From positions 6,368 through 70,367 of the IMG/VR virus record IMGVR_UViG_3300005563_000035: a stretch of DNA of 64,000 nucleotides, one strand, 5' to 3'. Below, piece after piece: positions 30,049-38,419 of the stretch (within the stretch, counting starts at the first letter, position 1; the number at the start of each line of letters is the position of its first letter). This stretch comes from a virus. A program made the position numbers and the translations under genes. The notes below the pieces were generated by a model. It had not been told where the DNA came from and did not search any database. It was given only the letters and a program-made list of their open reading frames with translations.

Positions 30049-31722
30049 ATGGCCGGAACCCTTCTCGAAGCACTCTACTTCTCACTCGGCCTCGATGTCT
30101 CAGGCATCACCGAAGGCCAGAAGAAGGCCAAGGAGTCGCTGAAGAAGACCGGCGAGGAGGCGACCAAGCAGCAGAAGGAGCTCGACGCTGCCGCCAAGCG
30201 AACGACCGAGGCCTACAGCAAAGTTCGCGACAGCATCCTGTCGATGACCGCGGCGGTTGTCGGGGCGGTCGCCGGCAAGGAGTTCCTGGCCTACATCACG
30301 GCGTCGGACATTGCTGCCGGCCGGCTGGCCAAGAACCTGAACACGACGACCGGTGAACTCACTGCCTGGGAAGGCGTTGCTCGGCGTCTGGGTGGTAACG
30401 GCGGAGACGCTGACGGCCTGTTCCGTGGTCTGAACAAGATCATGCAGGACATCAAGCTGACGGGCGGCTCTCCGGCGCTGTTCCCGCTGGCGCGTGCCGG
30501 CTTCGACGTGGCTAAGTTCAGCGACCCGCTGACGACGTACACGCAAAAGATCCTGATGCTCCGCGATGCCCTGCGCAAGCTCGGCCCGCAGGACGCGCAG
30601 AGCTTCGGGCAGGCCGCCGGCCTGAGCGAAGAGAGCCTGAACATCCTGATCCAATCTGATCGGGCGCTGGAGGACATGATCTCGTCCCAGCGCAAGATGA
30701 ACGTGGAGTCCGAGGCCGATCGCAAGTTGGCGCTCGAGCGCAACGAAGCCTGGACGAACTTCACCGAGACGCTGACCGGCTTCGGCCGCAAGGTCGTCAA
30801 CGAGATCACGCCGGCACTGACCGGGCTACTCAAGGCGGCGCAGTCGCTGCTTGGCTACTTCGCCAGCGACGGCAAGACGGCGACAGTGGTCGTAACCGGG
30901 CTCGCCTCGGCCATGGCGCTCCTGACGGGCTACAAGCTGTCGCTGTGGGCGGCGTCCACGACAGGCGCTTTCAGTGCGGTAGCTGGTTCGGCCTCCCTCC
31001 TGCTGGGGCGGCTGGGCATGATCGGGGCATCGCTGGCGGCGCTGTATGAGGTTTATCACCTTGCTGACGCTGGCAAGCAGCTGTATGACATCAAGCATCG
31101 GCAGGGTGTCACGCTGACCCCGGAAGCCCAGGCGCGCCTGGGTGAGGTGGCTGGCATGGACCCGTTCCATTCCAAGGGTGGCGCCGGATCCGACCCGCTG
31201 GGCATCCGCAACAACAACCCGGGCAACCTGAACTTCGTTGGTCAGGCTGGCGCATCGCGCTCCGGCCGGTTCGCGGCCTTCGGTTCGATGGCAGAGGGCA
31301 TCGCAGCGCTTGACGACCAACTACGCCTCTACGCCAGCCGCGGCAACGACACCGTGCGTGGCATCGTCAGCACCTACGCGCCGTCGAGCGAGAACGACAC
31401 CGGCGCCTACATCAACGCCGTGTCCAAGGCGCTGGGCGTGAACGCTGACGCCCACCTGAACCTCAACGACGCGAACACGCTGCGCACGCTCATCTCGGCG
31501 ATTACCACGCAAGAGGTCGGGGCAGGGCGCATCAACGTCGACCAGATCAACGCCGGCATGGCGCTGTCCATGGGGCGCTCGGCGGGCGGCGGCACGACCG
31601 TGACCACGGGTGACATCCACATCCACAGCAAGGCGACCGATTCGCAGGGCGTGGCGCGTGACACCGTCAGTGAACTCAGGCGCTTCGCGCGTGTCAGTCA
31701 AGCAGAGGTTGGGGTGAACTGA
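30049..31722 (+). CDS. Tape measure protein with C-terminal lysozyme-like domain
   Basis: Helical N-terminus; GIRNNNPGNL...FA.F....GI.A...L..Y...YAP..ENDT..Y. Confidence 0.85.
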   Translation: MAGTLLEALYFSLGLDVSGITEGQKKAKESLKKTGEEATKQQKELDAAAKRTTEAYSKVRDSILSMTAAVVGAVAGKEFLAYITASDIAAGRLAKNLNTTTGELTAWEGVARRLGGNGGDADGLFRGLNKIMQDIKLTGGSPALFPLARAGFDVAKFSDPLTTYTQKILMLRDALRKLGPQDAQSFGQAAGLSEESLNILIQSDRALEDMISSQRKMNVESEADRKLALERNEAWTNFTETLTGFGRKVVNEITPALTGLLKAAQSLLGYFASDGKTATVVVTGLASAMALLTGYKLSLWAASTTGAFSAVAGSASLLLGRLGMIGASLAALYEVYHLADAGKQLYDIKHRQGVTLTPEAQARLGEVAGMDPFHSKGGAGSDPLGIRNNNPGNLNFVGQAGASRSGRFAAFGSMAEGIAALDDQLRLYASRGNDTVRGIVSTYAPSSENDTGAYINAVSKALGVNADAHLNLNDANTLRTLISAITTQEVGAGRINVDQINAGMALSMGRSAGGGTTVTTGDIHIHSKATDSQGVARDTVSELRRFARVSQAEVGVN

Positions 31723-32384
31723 TGACTGCAGGCGTCCCCGCGCTCCTGGATGCGACGGCTGATCCGACGCCGGAGCCGATGCTCACGGCGGACTCGCCGG
31801 CCATTCAGCCGACGTCGCGCGTGCCGGCGTGGGGCATCTACCTGAACGGCGCGCTCGCCATCGAGGCAGACTCGATCCTGAAGCTCGAGCACAAGGCCAC
31901 CGCCAGGGTGTCGAATGCCCCGCAGGAAGAGGGCTCGTTCCAGTCCTACAACAAGGTTCAGGCGCCTTATGCCACGCGCGTGCAGATGACGAAGGGCGGC
32001 AACGAATCCGAGCGGGCGGCCTTCCTGGACGCGCTTGAGGCGGCCAAGCTGTCGCTGAACCTGTACGACATCGTCATGCCGGAGAAGTCGTACCTCAACG
32101 CCAACATCGTCGGCTACTCGTACCAGCGCAGCGCGCGCAGCGGCGTGACACTGCTGACGTGCGAGGTCATGCTCGAAGAGATCCGCCAAGCCTCGGCCCC
32201 CGTGTTCACCCAGACGGCCAGCGGCCAGACGGTGCAGTCCCCGGTCGTTGCGGCAAAGCAGCCGGCCGGAGCCGATCCGGTGAACGCGGGCACCAAGCAG
32301 CCCGTGAAGCCCACCGCTGCGCAGTCCGCGCCCGTGAAGAAGGCACTCGCTCCGGCGCAGGCTGCCAACGCGCCGAGCTTCTGA
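31722..32384 (+). CDS. Baseplate/tail initiator (Dit-like) protein
   Basis: WGI...P.E.GSF.SYNKV..P; synteny. Confidence 0.75.
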   Translation: MTAGVPALLDATADPTPEPMLTADSPAIQPTSRVPAWGIYLNGALAIEADSILKLEHKATARVSNAPQEEGSFQSYNKVQAPYATRVQMTKGGNESERAAFLDALEAAKLSLNLYDIVMPEKSYLNANIVGYSYQRSARSGVTLLTCEVMLEEIRQASAPVFTQTASGQTVQSPVVAAKQPAGADPVNAGTKQPVKPTAAQSAPVKKALAPAQAANAPSF

Positions 32385-32385
32385 C

Positions 32386-32694
32386 ATGCAGATCGTCCCA
32401 ATCATCGATGCCTACTCGCAGACGCTGAACATCACGCTCGGCGGACAGGCATGCCAGATCGATCTGAAGACCCGCACGACCGGGCTGTACTGCGACCTGT
32501 ATGTCAACGACACACTGATCGTCGGCGGTGTCGTCTGCCGCAATCTCGCGCGGCTCGTGATCAACCAGTACCTCGGGTTCACCGGCGACATGATGTTCTC
32601 GGACACGCAAGGTGTTGATGATCCGTCCAGCCCGGGCCTGGGATCGCGGTTCCTGCTGTTCTACCTCGAGGCTTCCGACCTCGCTGCGGCGTGA
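32386..32694 (+). CDS. Baseplate plug-like protein
   Basis: Synteny; LGGQ.C.I...Y.GF.GD..F.DTQG..DP. Confidence 0.7.
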   Translation: MQIVPIIDAYSQTLNITLGGQACQIDLKTRTTGLYCDLYVNDTLIVGGVVCRNLARLVINQYLGFTGDMMFSDTQGVDDPSSPGLGSRFLLFYLEASDLAAA

Positions 32695-33560
32695 CCTTTC
32701 TCAAGCGTCGAATTGACCTGAGCTTCGCGCTCGGGCTTGGGGGCACGTTCGGTGAGTCCGGGACGAACACCGTCACGGTGTCCGGCCTGCGCGTGCATGC
32801 CCACATCGAGCAGGTCAATGGCCCCGGCATGGGACAGGCGGAGGTTCGGGTCTACGGCCTGACGCCATCCCTTCTGAATCAACTGTCCTCGCTGAACCAA
32901 GCGACTCAGGTCACCCGAAAGAACGTGCTGACCGTCTCGGCGGGCGACGACGTCAATGGCATGGCCGTCGTGTTCCAAGGGCAGATCAGCGTCGGCCAGA
33001 TCATGCTCAACGCGGCACCGGACACGCACTTGTTGGTGCTGGCGAACTCCGGCGGCCTGGAGGCCGTGCAGCGCGTGGCGCCGACCAGCTACCCCGGTAG
33101 CGCCGATGCCGCGGTCATCATGCAGAACCTGGCGTACCTTGCCGATCTGGACTTCGAGAACAACGGCGTCTCGGTGCAACTGGCGACGCCGTACTTCACC
33201 GGTTCCCCGTGGGAGCAGATGAAGCGCTGCGCCGAGCACGGCAATTTCAACTACACGATCGCCCCGAACGGCAACCGCAAGGTGCTGGCGATCTTCCCGA
33301 AGGATGGCGCCCGCGGCGGGGCCATCCCTCTTGTGTCGCCTGCGACCGGGATGGTTGGATACCCCAGCTATTCGACCAGCGTCTATGGCCTCGAACTGAC
33401 CACGCTGTTCAACCCGCTCCTGCGGATCGGCGGCCAGGTCAAGGTGCAGAGCAGCCTCGAGGTCGCCAACGGTACGTGGCGGATCTTCAACCTCCAGCAT
33501 GAGTTGGAGAGCGAAGACCCGGGTGGTCAGTGGTTCACGCGGTTCAGCGGAGCGATCTGA
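32691..33560 (+). CDS. Baseplate hub protein
   Basis: Synteny; V.AGD....VF.G.I...TGM.GYP...FNP....G. Confidence 0.75.
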   Translation: MTFLKRRIDLSFALGLGGTFGESGTNTVTVSGLRVHAHIEQVNGPGMGQAEVRVYGLTPSLLNQLSSLNQATQVTRKNVLTVSAGDDVNGMAVVFQGQISVGQIMLNAAPDTHLLVLANSGGLEAVQRVAPTSYPGSADAAVIMQNLAYLADLDFENNGVSVQLATPYFTGSPWEQMKRCAEHGNFNYTIAPNGNRKVLAIFPKDGARGGAIPLVSPATGMVGYPSYSTSVYGLELTTLFNPLLRIGGQVKVQSSLEVANGTWRIFNLQHELESEDPGGQWFTRFSGAI

Positions 33561-34306
33561 TGGGCGGCTTCACTGGCTTCCAGGGCGTCAATGCGGCTGC
33601 CTCCGAGTTCAACGCGCTCTCCTTCCTGGTCAAGGCCATGATGAACCAGATGGCCACGGCCACGCTGGTTCAGGTCAAGGCAGTGACCAACTCGGGTGGC
33701 GTTGAGCCGGTTGGCTACGTCGACATCCTGCCGCTGGTCAACCTGGTGGACGGGCAGGGCGTCGCGGTTCCGCATGGGACGATCTACAAGTGCCCGTACC
33801 TGCGCCTGCAGGGCGGTACCAACGCGATCATCATTGACCCCCAAGTGGATGACATCGGCGTGGCGGTCTTCGCCGACCGCGACATCTCAAGCGTATCGGC
33901 CAACAAGGGGCCGGCGAACCCGGGAAGCGCGCGGCGCTTCGACTGGGCTGATGGGCTGTACCTCGGCGGCTTCCTGAACGGAACGCCCGAGCAGTTCGTC
34001 CAGTTCTCCTCGCTCGGTATCACCATTGAGTCGCCGACGCTGGTCAAGCTCATCGCTCCCGACGTGCAGATCAACTGCGCGACGCTGGAGATTGCCGCTA
34101 GCACCTCGGCGCAGATCACGACGCCCACCTTCACGGTGAACGGCAACCAGGTCAACAACGGGAACGTCACGTCGACCGGCACCGTGCTGGCGCCGACGCT
34201 CAACGGTACGACCCAGGTGATTGCCGCCGGCAAGGACATCGGCCCGCTGCACGAGCATGACCACGGCACGATGACGGCTACCGGTCATACGGGAACGGTG
34301 ATCTGA
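33560..34306 (+). CDS. Baseplate central spike (gp138/gpV-like)
   Basis: PY.RLQGG..AII.DP...DIG...ADRDIS; C-terminal HEHDH metal-binding tip. Confidence 0.85.
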   Translation: MGGFTGFQGVNAAASEFNALSFLVKAMMNQMATATLVQVKAVTNSGGVEPVGYVDILPLVNLVDGQGVAVPHGTIYKCPYLRLQGGTNAIIIDPQVDDIGVAVFADRDISSVSANKGPANPGSARRFDWADGLYLGGFLNGTPEQFVQFSSLGITIESPTLVKLIAPDVQINCATLEIAASTSAQITTPTFTVNGNQVNNGNVTSTGTVLAPTLNGTTQVIAAGKDIGPLHEHDHGTMTATGHTGTVI

Positions 34307-34659
34307 TGGCTTCTACTCTGTACCTTGATCGACAGGTCTGGGACTTGGTCTTGGATGGCAACGGGAACATCGCCATGGCGACGGAGCCCTATTCAAGGGC
34401 GCAGGACGTTGCGTCGGAATGCAGGACGTGGCAAGGCGAAGTGTTCTACGACGTGACCCGTGGTCTGCCTTACGCGTCGCAGATCCTGGGCAAGTCAACG
34501 CCAATCGAGTACACGAAGGCGCAGCTGGTAGCTGCGGCGCTTCTGGTGCCGGGCGTTGTCTCAGCCCGGGCCTACCTGAAGTCGTCGCCAGACCGCAAGC
34601 TCGGCGGACAGATCCAGATCACTGACAGCAGCGGCACCGTCACCGCCGCGACCTTCTAG
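34306..34659 (+). CDS. Baseplate wedge/sheath initiator (gp25-like)
   Basis: WDL.LD..GNIA....PY..AQDVAS......GE..YD...G.PY. Confidence 0.75.
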   Translation: MASTLYLDRQVWDLVLDGNGNIAMATEPYSRAQDVASECRTWQGEVFYDVTRGLPYASQILGKSTPIEYTKAQLVAAALLVPGVVSARAYLKSSPDRKLGGQIQITDSSGTVTAATF

Positions 34660-34677
34660 ACCCCATCACGCCAGCAG

Positions 34678-34701
34678 CAGGCCGCCTCCGGGCGGCCTTT
34701 T
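34678..34701 (+). terminator. Intrinsic terminator-like hairpin
   Basis: AGGCCGCC-TCCG-GGCGGCCTTTT. Confidence 0.65.
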
Positions 34702-34717
34702 GCATTCCAGGGCCGCC

Positions 34718-36127
34718 ATGACGACCAATGTCCCATCCATCACGATTGGCTCGAACGGCATCGTGATCCCGGCTGAGTCCGCGATCCTGGCGGGCATCCA
34801 AGCCGACCAGAACGCGGCGTTCGGCGGAAACCTGAACCCGTCGCTGGTCACCCCTCAAGGCCAACTTGCCCAATCGCAGACCGCCATCATCGGGGCGTGC
34901 AACGATGCCTTCCTGGAGATTGCGAACGGCTTCGATCCAGCACTGAACTCCGGGCGCTTCCAGGACGCGGTGAACCGCATCTACTTCCTGGAGCGGATCC
35001 CGGCCGCTTCAACGGTCGTGACCTGCGTCTGCTCAGGTCTGGACGGCACGGTCATTCCCGTCAACGCGCAGGCCACCGACTCGGCAGGCAACCGCTACCT
35101 TGCCACTGAGTCGGGAACGATCTCGGGCGGTTCGGTCACGCTCACTTTTGCCTGCTCTGTGCCTGGCCCGACCGTGTGCTTGGCTGGCAGTCTGAATTCG
35201 ATCTACCAGGCCATCACTGGCTGGGACTCGATCACCAATCCGTCCGACGGGGTGATCGGCAACGATGCCGAGTCGACCGCAGAATTCGAATACCGTCGGC
35301 AGCAGTCCGTCGCGCTCAACGCAACCGGTCAGACCGGCGCCATCCTCGGAGCTGTGCTCGCGGTTCCGGGTGTCCTGGATGGCTACGCGCTAGAGAACCC
35401 GCTGGGCACGCTCAGCGGTGCGTCGTTCACCGGTGTCATCGCCGGAACCGTCCTGACTGCCAGCAGCGTGACTGGAACGATCGCGGCCGGCCAGATGCTC
35501 AACGGAACCAGCATCGTCAGCGGCACGGCCATCACCGAGCAACTGAGCGGCACCACAGGCGGCGCGGGCACATACAACCTGAACATTAGCCAGAGCGTCT
35601 CCAGCGAGGCGATGACAGCGGCGAGCGGTGGCGTCCGCCTGGCCGCCAACTCCATCTACGTGGCGGCCTACGGCGGCGCGGCGAGCGACATCGGCGCGGC
35701 GATCCTGAAGAAGAAGAATCCTGGCTGCAACTACAACGGCAGCACGAGCGTTGTCGTCCAGGACACCAATCCCGCCTACGGCACGAACCCGCCCAGCTAC
35801 ACGGTCACGTTCCAGACCCCCTCTGCGACGCCGATCAAGTTCGCGGTCGCCATGCAGGCCAGCAACAGTGCACCGGCCAACGCCATCGCCCTCATCAAGG
35901 CGGCGATCCAGGCGGCATTTACCGGCGCTGATGGTGGCCTGAAGGCGCGCATCGCGCAGCCGATCTTCGCGAGCCGGTTCTACGCTGGAATCGCCGCGCT
36001 CGGCCCCTGGGCGCTCATCTACTCGATCCAACTCGGCATCGATGCGGCCAATCAGAACTCGATCCTGATGCGCATGGACAAGATTCCGACCCTGGCGCTG
36101 TCGGACATCACCGTCACCTTCTCCTGA
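34718..36127 (+). CDS. Baseplate J-like wedge protein with an inserted beta module
   Basis: AFGG.LN..L.TPQGQLA; GR.QDA..RIYFL.R; ES..EFE.RR..SVA. Confidence 0.88.
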   Translation: MTTNVPSITIGSNGIVIPAESAILAGIQADQNAAFGGNLNPSLVTPQGQLAQSQTAIIGACNDAFLEIANGFDPALNSGRFQDAVNRIYFLERIPAASTVVTCVCSGLDGTVIPVNAQATDSAGNRYLATESGTISGGSVTLTFACSVPGPTVCLAGSLNSIYQAITGWDSITNPSDGVIGNDAESTAEFEYRRQQSVALNATGQTGAILGAVLAVPGVLDGYALENPLGTLSGASFTGVIAGTVLTASSVTGTIAAGQMLNGTSIVSGTAITEQLSGTTGGAGTYNLNISQSVSSEAMTAASGGVRLAANSIYVAAYGGAASDIGAAILKKKNPGCNYNGSTSVVVQDTNPAYGTNPPSYTVTFQTPSATPIKFAVAMQASNSAPANAIALIKAAIQAAFTGADGGLKARIAQPIFASRFYAGIAALGPWALIYSIQLGIDAANQNSILMRMDKIPTLALSDITVTFS

Positions 36128-36128
36128 C

Positions 36129-36782
36129 ATGACCGCCGGCTTCCTTGACCCGACCGTTGATTCGACGGTCGAGTTGCCCGTGGATGCGGAGATCTACCCG
36201 CGCATCGCGCCGGCATGGCCGCAGACGATCCTCAGCCAGTACGCCAACAGCCCGCGCATCCTGACGCTGATCGAGTCGTTCTCCGATGCGGTCAATGCGA
36301 ATGGACTCAGTGACCTGTTCCTGTCTTCCATCCTAGACATCGACACTGCGTCGGGCTATGGCCTGGACATTTGGGGCCGAATCGTCGGCGTGCGCCGCGA
36401 GCTCTATGTCCCGGGCGGTGCATCGGGGAAGCTGTTCGGGTGGGGCGACGCCGGCCCGAACAAGTACTACGGATGGCGCCAGGCCCCGTGGAACACGCTC
36501 AACCGCCTGACGCCGAATTACTCGCTGCAAGACGGCGACTACCGGCGTCTGATCCTCGTCAAGGCGTTCTCCAACATCTCCGACCGCTCGATCACGAGCA
36601 TGAACGCTGCGCTGATGCAGATGTTCTCTGGCCAAGGAACGGTTCACGTCTCCGACCTCGGAAACATGACCGCGGCCTATGTCTTCGACTTCCACCCCAC
36701 CGTGCTTGATCTGGCGATCCTGCAGCAATCGGGCGCGTTCGCGAGCCCGTCGGGTGTGGCCATGTCCATCGTCACTCCCTGA
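36129..36782 (+). CDS. Baseplate wedge protein (DUF2612)
   Basis: TI.SQYANSP; DTA.GYGLDIWGRIVGV.R; L.D..YR.LI..KA..NI. Confidence 0.88.
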   Translation: MTAGFLDPTVDSTVELPVDAEIYPRIAPAWPQTILSQYANSPRILTLIESFSDAVNANGLSDLFLSSILDIDTASGYGLDIWGRIVGVRRELYVPGGASGKLFGWGDAGPNKYYGWRQAPWNTLNRLTPNYSLQDGDYRRLILVKAFSNISDRSITSMNAALMQMFSGQGTVHVSDLGNMTAAYVFDFHPTVLDLAILQQSGAFASPSGVAMSIVTP

Positions 36783-36789
36783 CCGCACC

Positions 36790-37599
36790 ATGAACAGTTC
36801 ACAAGTCCCGGCGAAGTTCAAGATCGTCTGGGCCAGCGGAGCCTCGTCCAGCTACCTGCAGGCGGTGCCAGATACCTATGGCGGCACGCCGAACGGCACG
36901 CCCAGCATGACCACCGGTTGGGGGCCGGAGACGTTCCAGGATCCGTCGGTCGGTGGCGCTGCGCCGCTGGGTGAGTACGAGAACGGCATCTGGAACCAAG
37001 CGACGGCCAACCTTCAGTGGATCCAGGCTGGCGGCATCTTCAAGTACGACGCCGCGTTGTCCACGGCGATCGGTGGCTATCCGAAGGACGCGATCCTCAA
37101 GGCGGCGTCCTATCCGGCGTTCTGGATTTCGACGGCAGAGAACAACACGGTCAACCCTGACACTGGAACGCTGACCGCGCCGGCCTCGGGCTGGGCCGTG
37201 ATGCAGCCGGGCACGTACCCGTGGAGCCAGATCACCGGTGCACCAACGTTCACGCTGGAATCGGAGTTCACGGGATCGAACCACAGCCTGACGACTAACG
37301 GCTACCAGAAGTTCCCTGGCGGCCTGATGGAGCAGTGGTGCGAGACGCCGTTGTCTTCGGTGGCGAATCAGGTCACGACGATCACCTATCCGACGCCATT
37401 TCCTGCGTCACCCGGCGTTGTGTTCGCACCCACGTTGACCGTCATCGACGCCACGCTGAGCGCAGGAACCTCGAGCAATCAGATCCTCGCCTGTATCCAG
37501 TCATATGGATTGACCGGCTGCAACGTGGTGCTGGGTCAGAACGGTGGCGGGGCGCGAAACATCACCCTGAAGCTCAGGGTGGGTGGCCGCTGGGTCTGA
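36790..37599 (+). CDS. Short tail fibre protein
   Basis: IGGYPK.A.L; C-terminal NGYQKFPGGL..QW gp53-like domain. Confidence 0.75.
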   Translation: MNSSQVPAKFKIVWASGASSSYLQAVPDTYGGTPNGTPSMTTGWGPETFQDPSVGGAAPLGEYENGIWNQATANLQWIQAGGIFKYDAALSTAIGGYPKDAILKAASYPAFWISTAENNTVNPDTGTLTAPASGWAVMQPGTYPWSQITGAPTFTLESEFTGSNHSLTTNGYQKFPGGLMEQWCETPLSSVANQVTTITYPTPFPASPGVVFAPTLTVIDATLSAGTSSNQILACIQSYGLTGCNVVLGQNGGGARNITLKLRVGGRWV

Positions 37600-37600
37600 C

Positions 37601-37852
37601 ATGGAGCCGCGCGCCTATCAATCGGGAGCGGCCGGCACGCCGCCACCGTATCCCGCCACGTCCGTGCTCGGCTACCCGCGCAGCGCAACCGCGACCCTGA
37701 AGGCGACCACGCCGGGGCCGTACTGGTTCTACGGCTGGGGCGAAGAGATTCGCAATGTGATCATCGGCGCCGGTCTGACGCCGAACCCGAGCGACAACAG
37801 CCAGCTCTACCAAGCCATTCGAATCATCGGCATTCGGGCAGGCGGGATCTGA
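37601..37852 (+). CDS. Stand-alone tail-fibre anchor-like protein, copy 1
   Basis: TPGPYWFY...EEIRNVI..AGLTP...DNSQL.QAI. Confidence 0.7.
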   Translation: MEPRAYQSGAAGTPPPYPATSVLGYPRSATATLKATTPGPYWFYGWGEEIRNVIIGAGLTPNPSDNSQLYQAIRIIGIRAGGI

Positions 37853-37853
37853 C

Positions 37854-38102
37854 ATGGATCGCGTCTATCAAAGCGACGTTGGAACGACGCCGACGCCAGC
37901 CCCATTCCCGGGTGCGGCCGGCTTCACTCAGAGCGCGGTCGCGTGGGCGGACTTCAATCCGACGACACCGGGGCCGTACTTCTACTTCTATGTGAGCGAA
38001 TCCATCCGCGCGGTCATCGTCGCGGCGGGACTCACGCCGGATCCGACCAACCTGCAGCAGTTCTACCAGGCCATCGAGATCCTCGCCGCCGGAGGGCCGT
38101 AG
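37854..38102 (+). CDS. Stand-alone tail-fibre anchor-like protein, copy 2
   Basis: TPGPYFYF...ESIRAVI.AAGLTPDPTNLQQ..QAI. Confidence 0.7.
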   Translation: MDRVYQSDVGTTPTPAPFPGAAGFTQSAVAWADFNPTTPGPYFYFYVSESIRAVIVAAGLTPDPTNLQQFYQAIEILAAGGP

Positions 38103-38105
38103 GCC

Positions 38106-38417
38106 ATGGCTGACCTCATCTGGAAGGCCGACGCAGGGCCTGCGCAGTGGGCTACGCCGTCCTCGTTCTCGATCGGCTACCCAACGTCAGGCGATCTCGC
38201 CACGGACACGCATCCGACCCACATCGGAGCGACCTGGTTCCTGGGCGCCTACGAAGAGATTCGCTCGGTCATCGCCGCAGCGGGGCTGGTGTTCGACCCG
38301 ACGAACACCGACCAGCTCCTGCAAGCGATCACGGAAATCCTCAAACCCACCTTCGAACTTCGCGAGGACGGCTCTTTCGAGCTTCGTGAGGACGGCGGCA
38401 TCGAACTGCGGAACTGA
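38106..38417 (+). CDS. Stand-alone tail-fibre anchor-like protein, copy 3
   Basis: THIGATWF...EEIRSVI.AAGL..DPTNTDQL.QAI, plus a C-terminal (ELREDG)x2 repeat. Confidence 0.7.
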   Translation: MADLIWKADAGPAQWATPSSFSIGYPTSGDLATDTHPTHIGATWFLGAYEEIRSVIAAAGLVFDPTNTDQLLQAITEILKPTFELREDGSFELREDGGIELRN

Positions 38418-38419
38418 CC

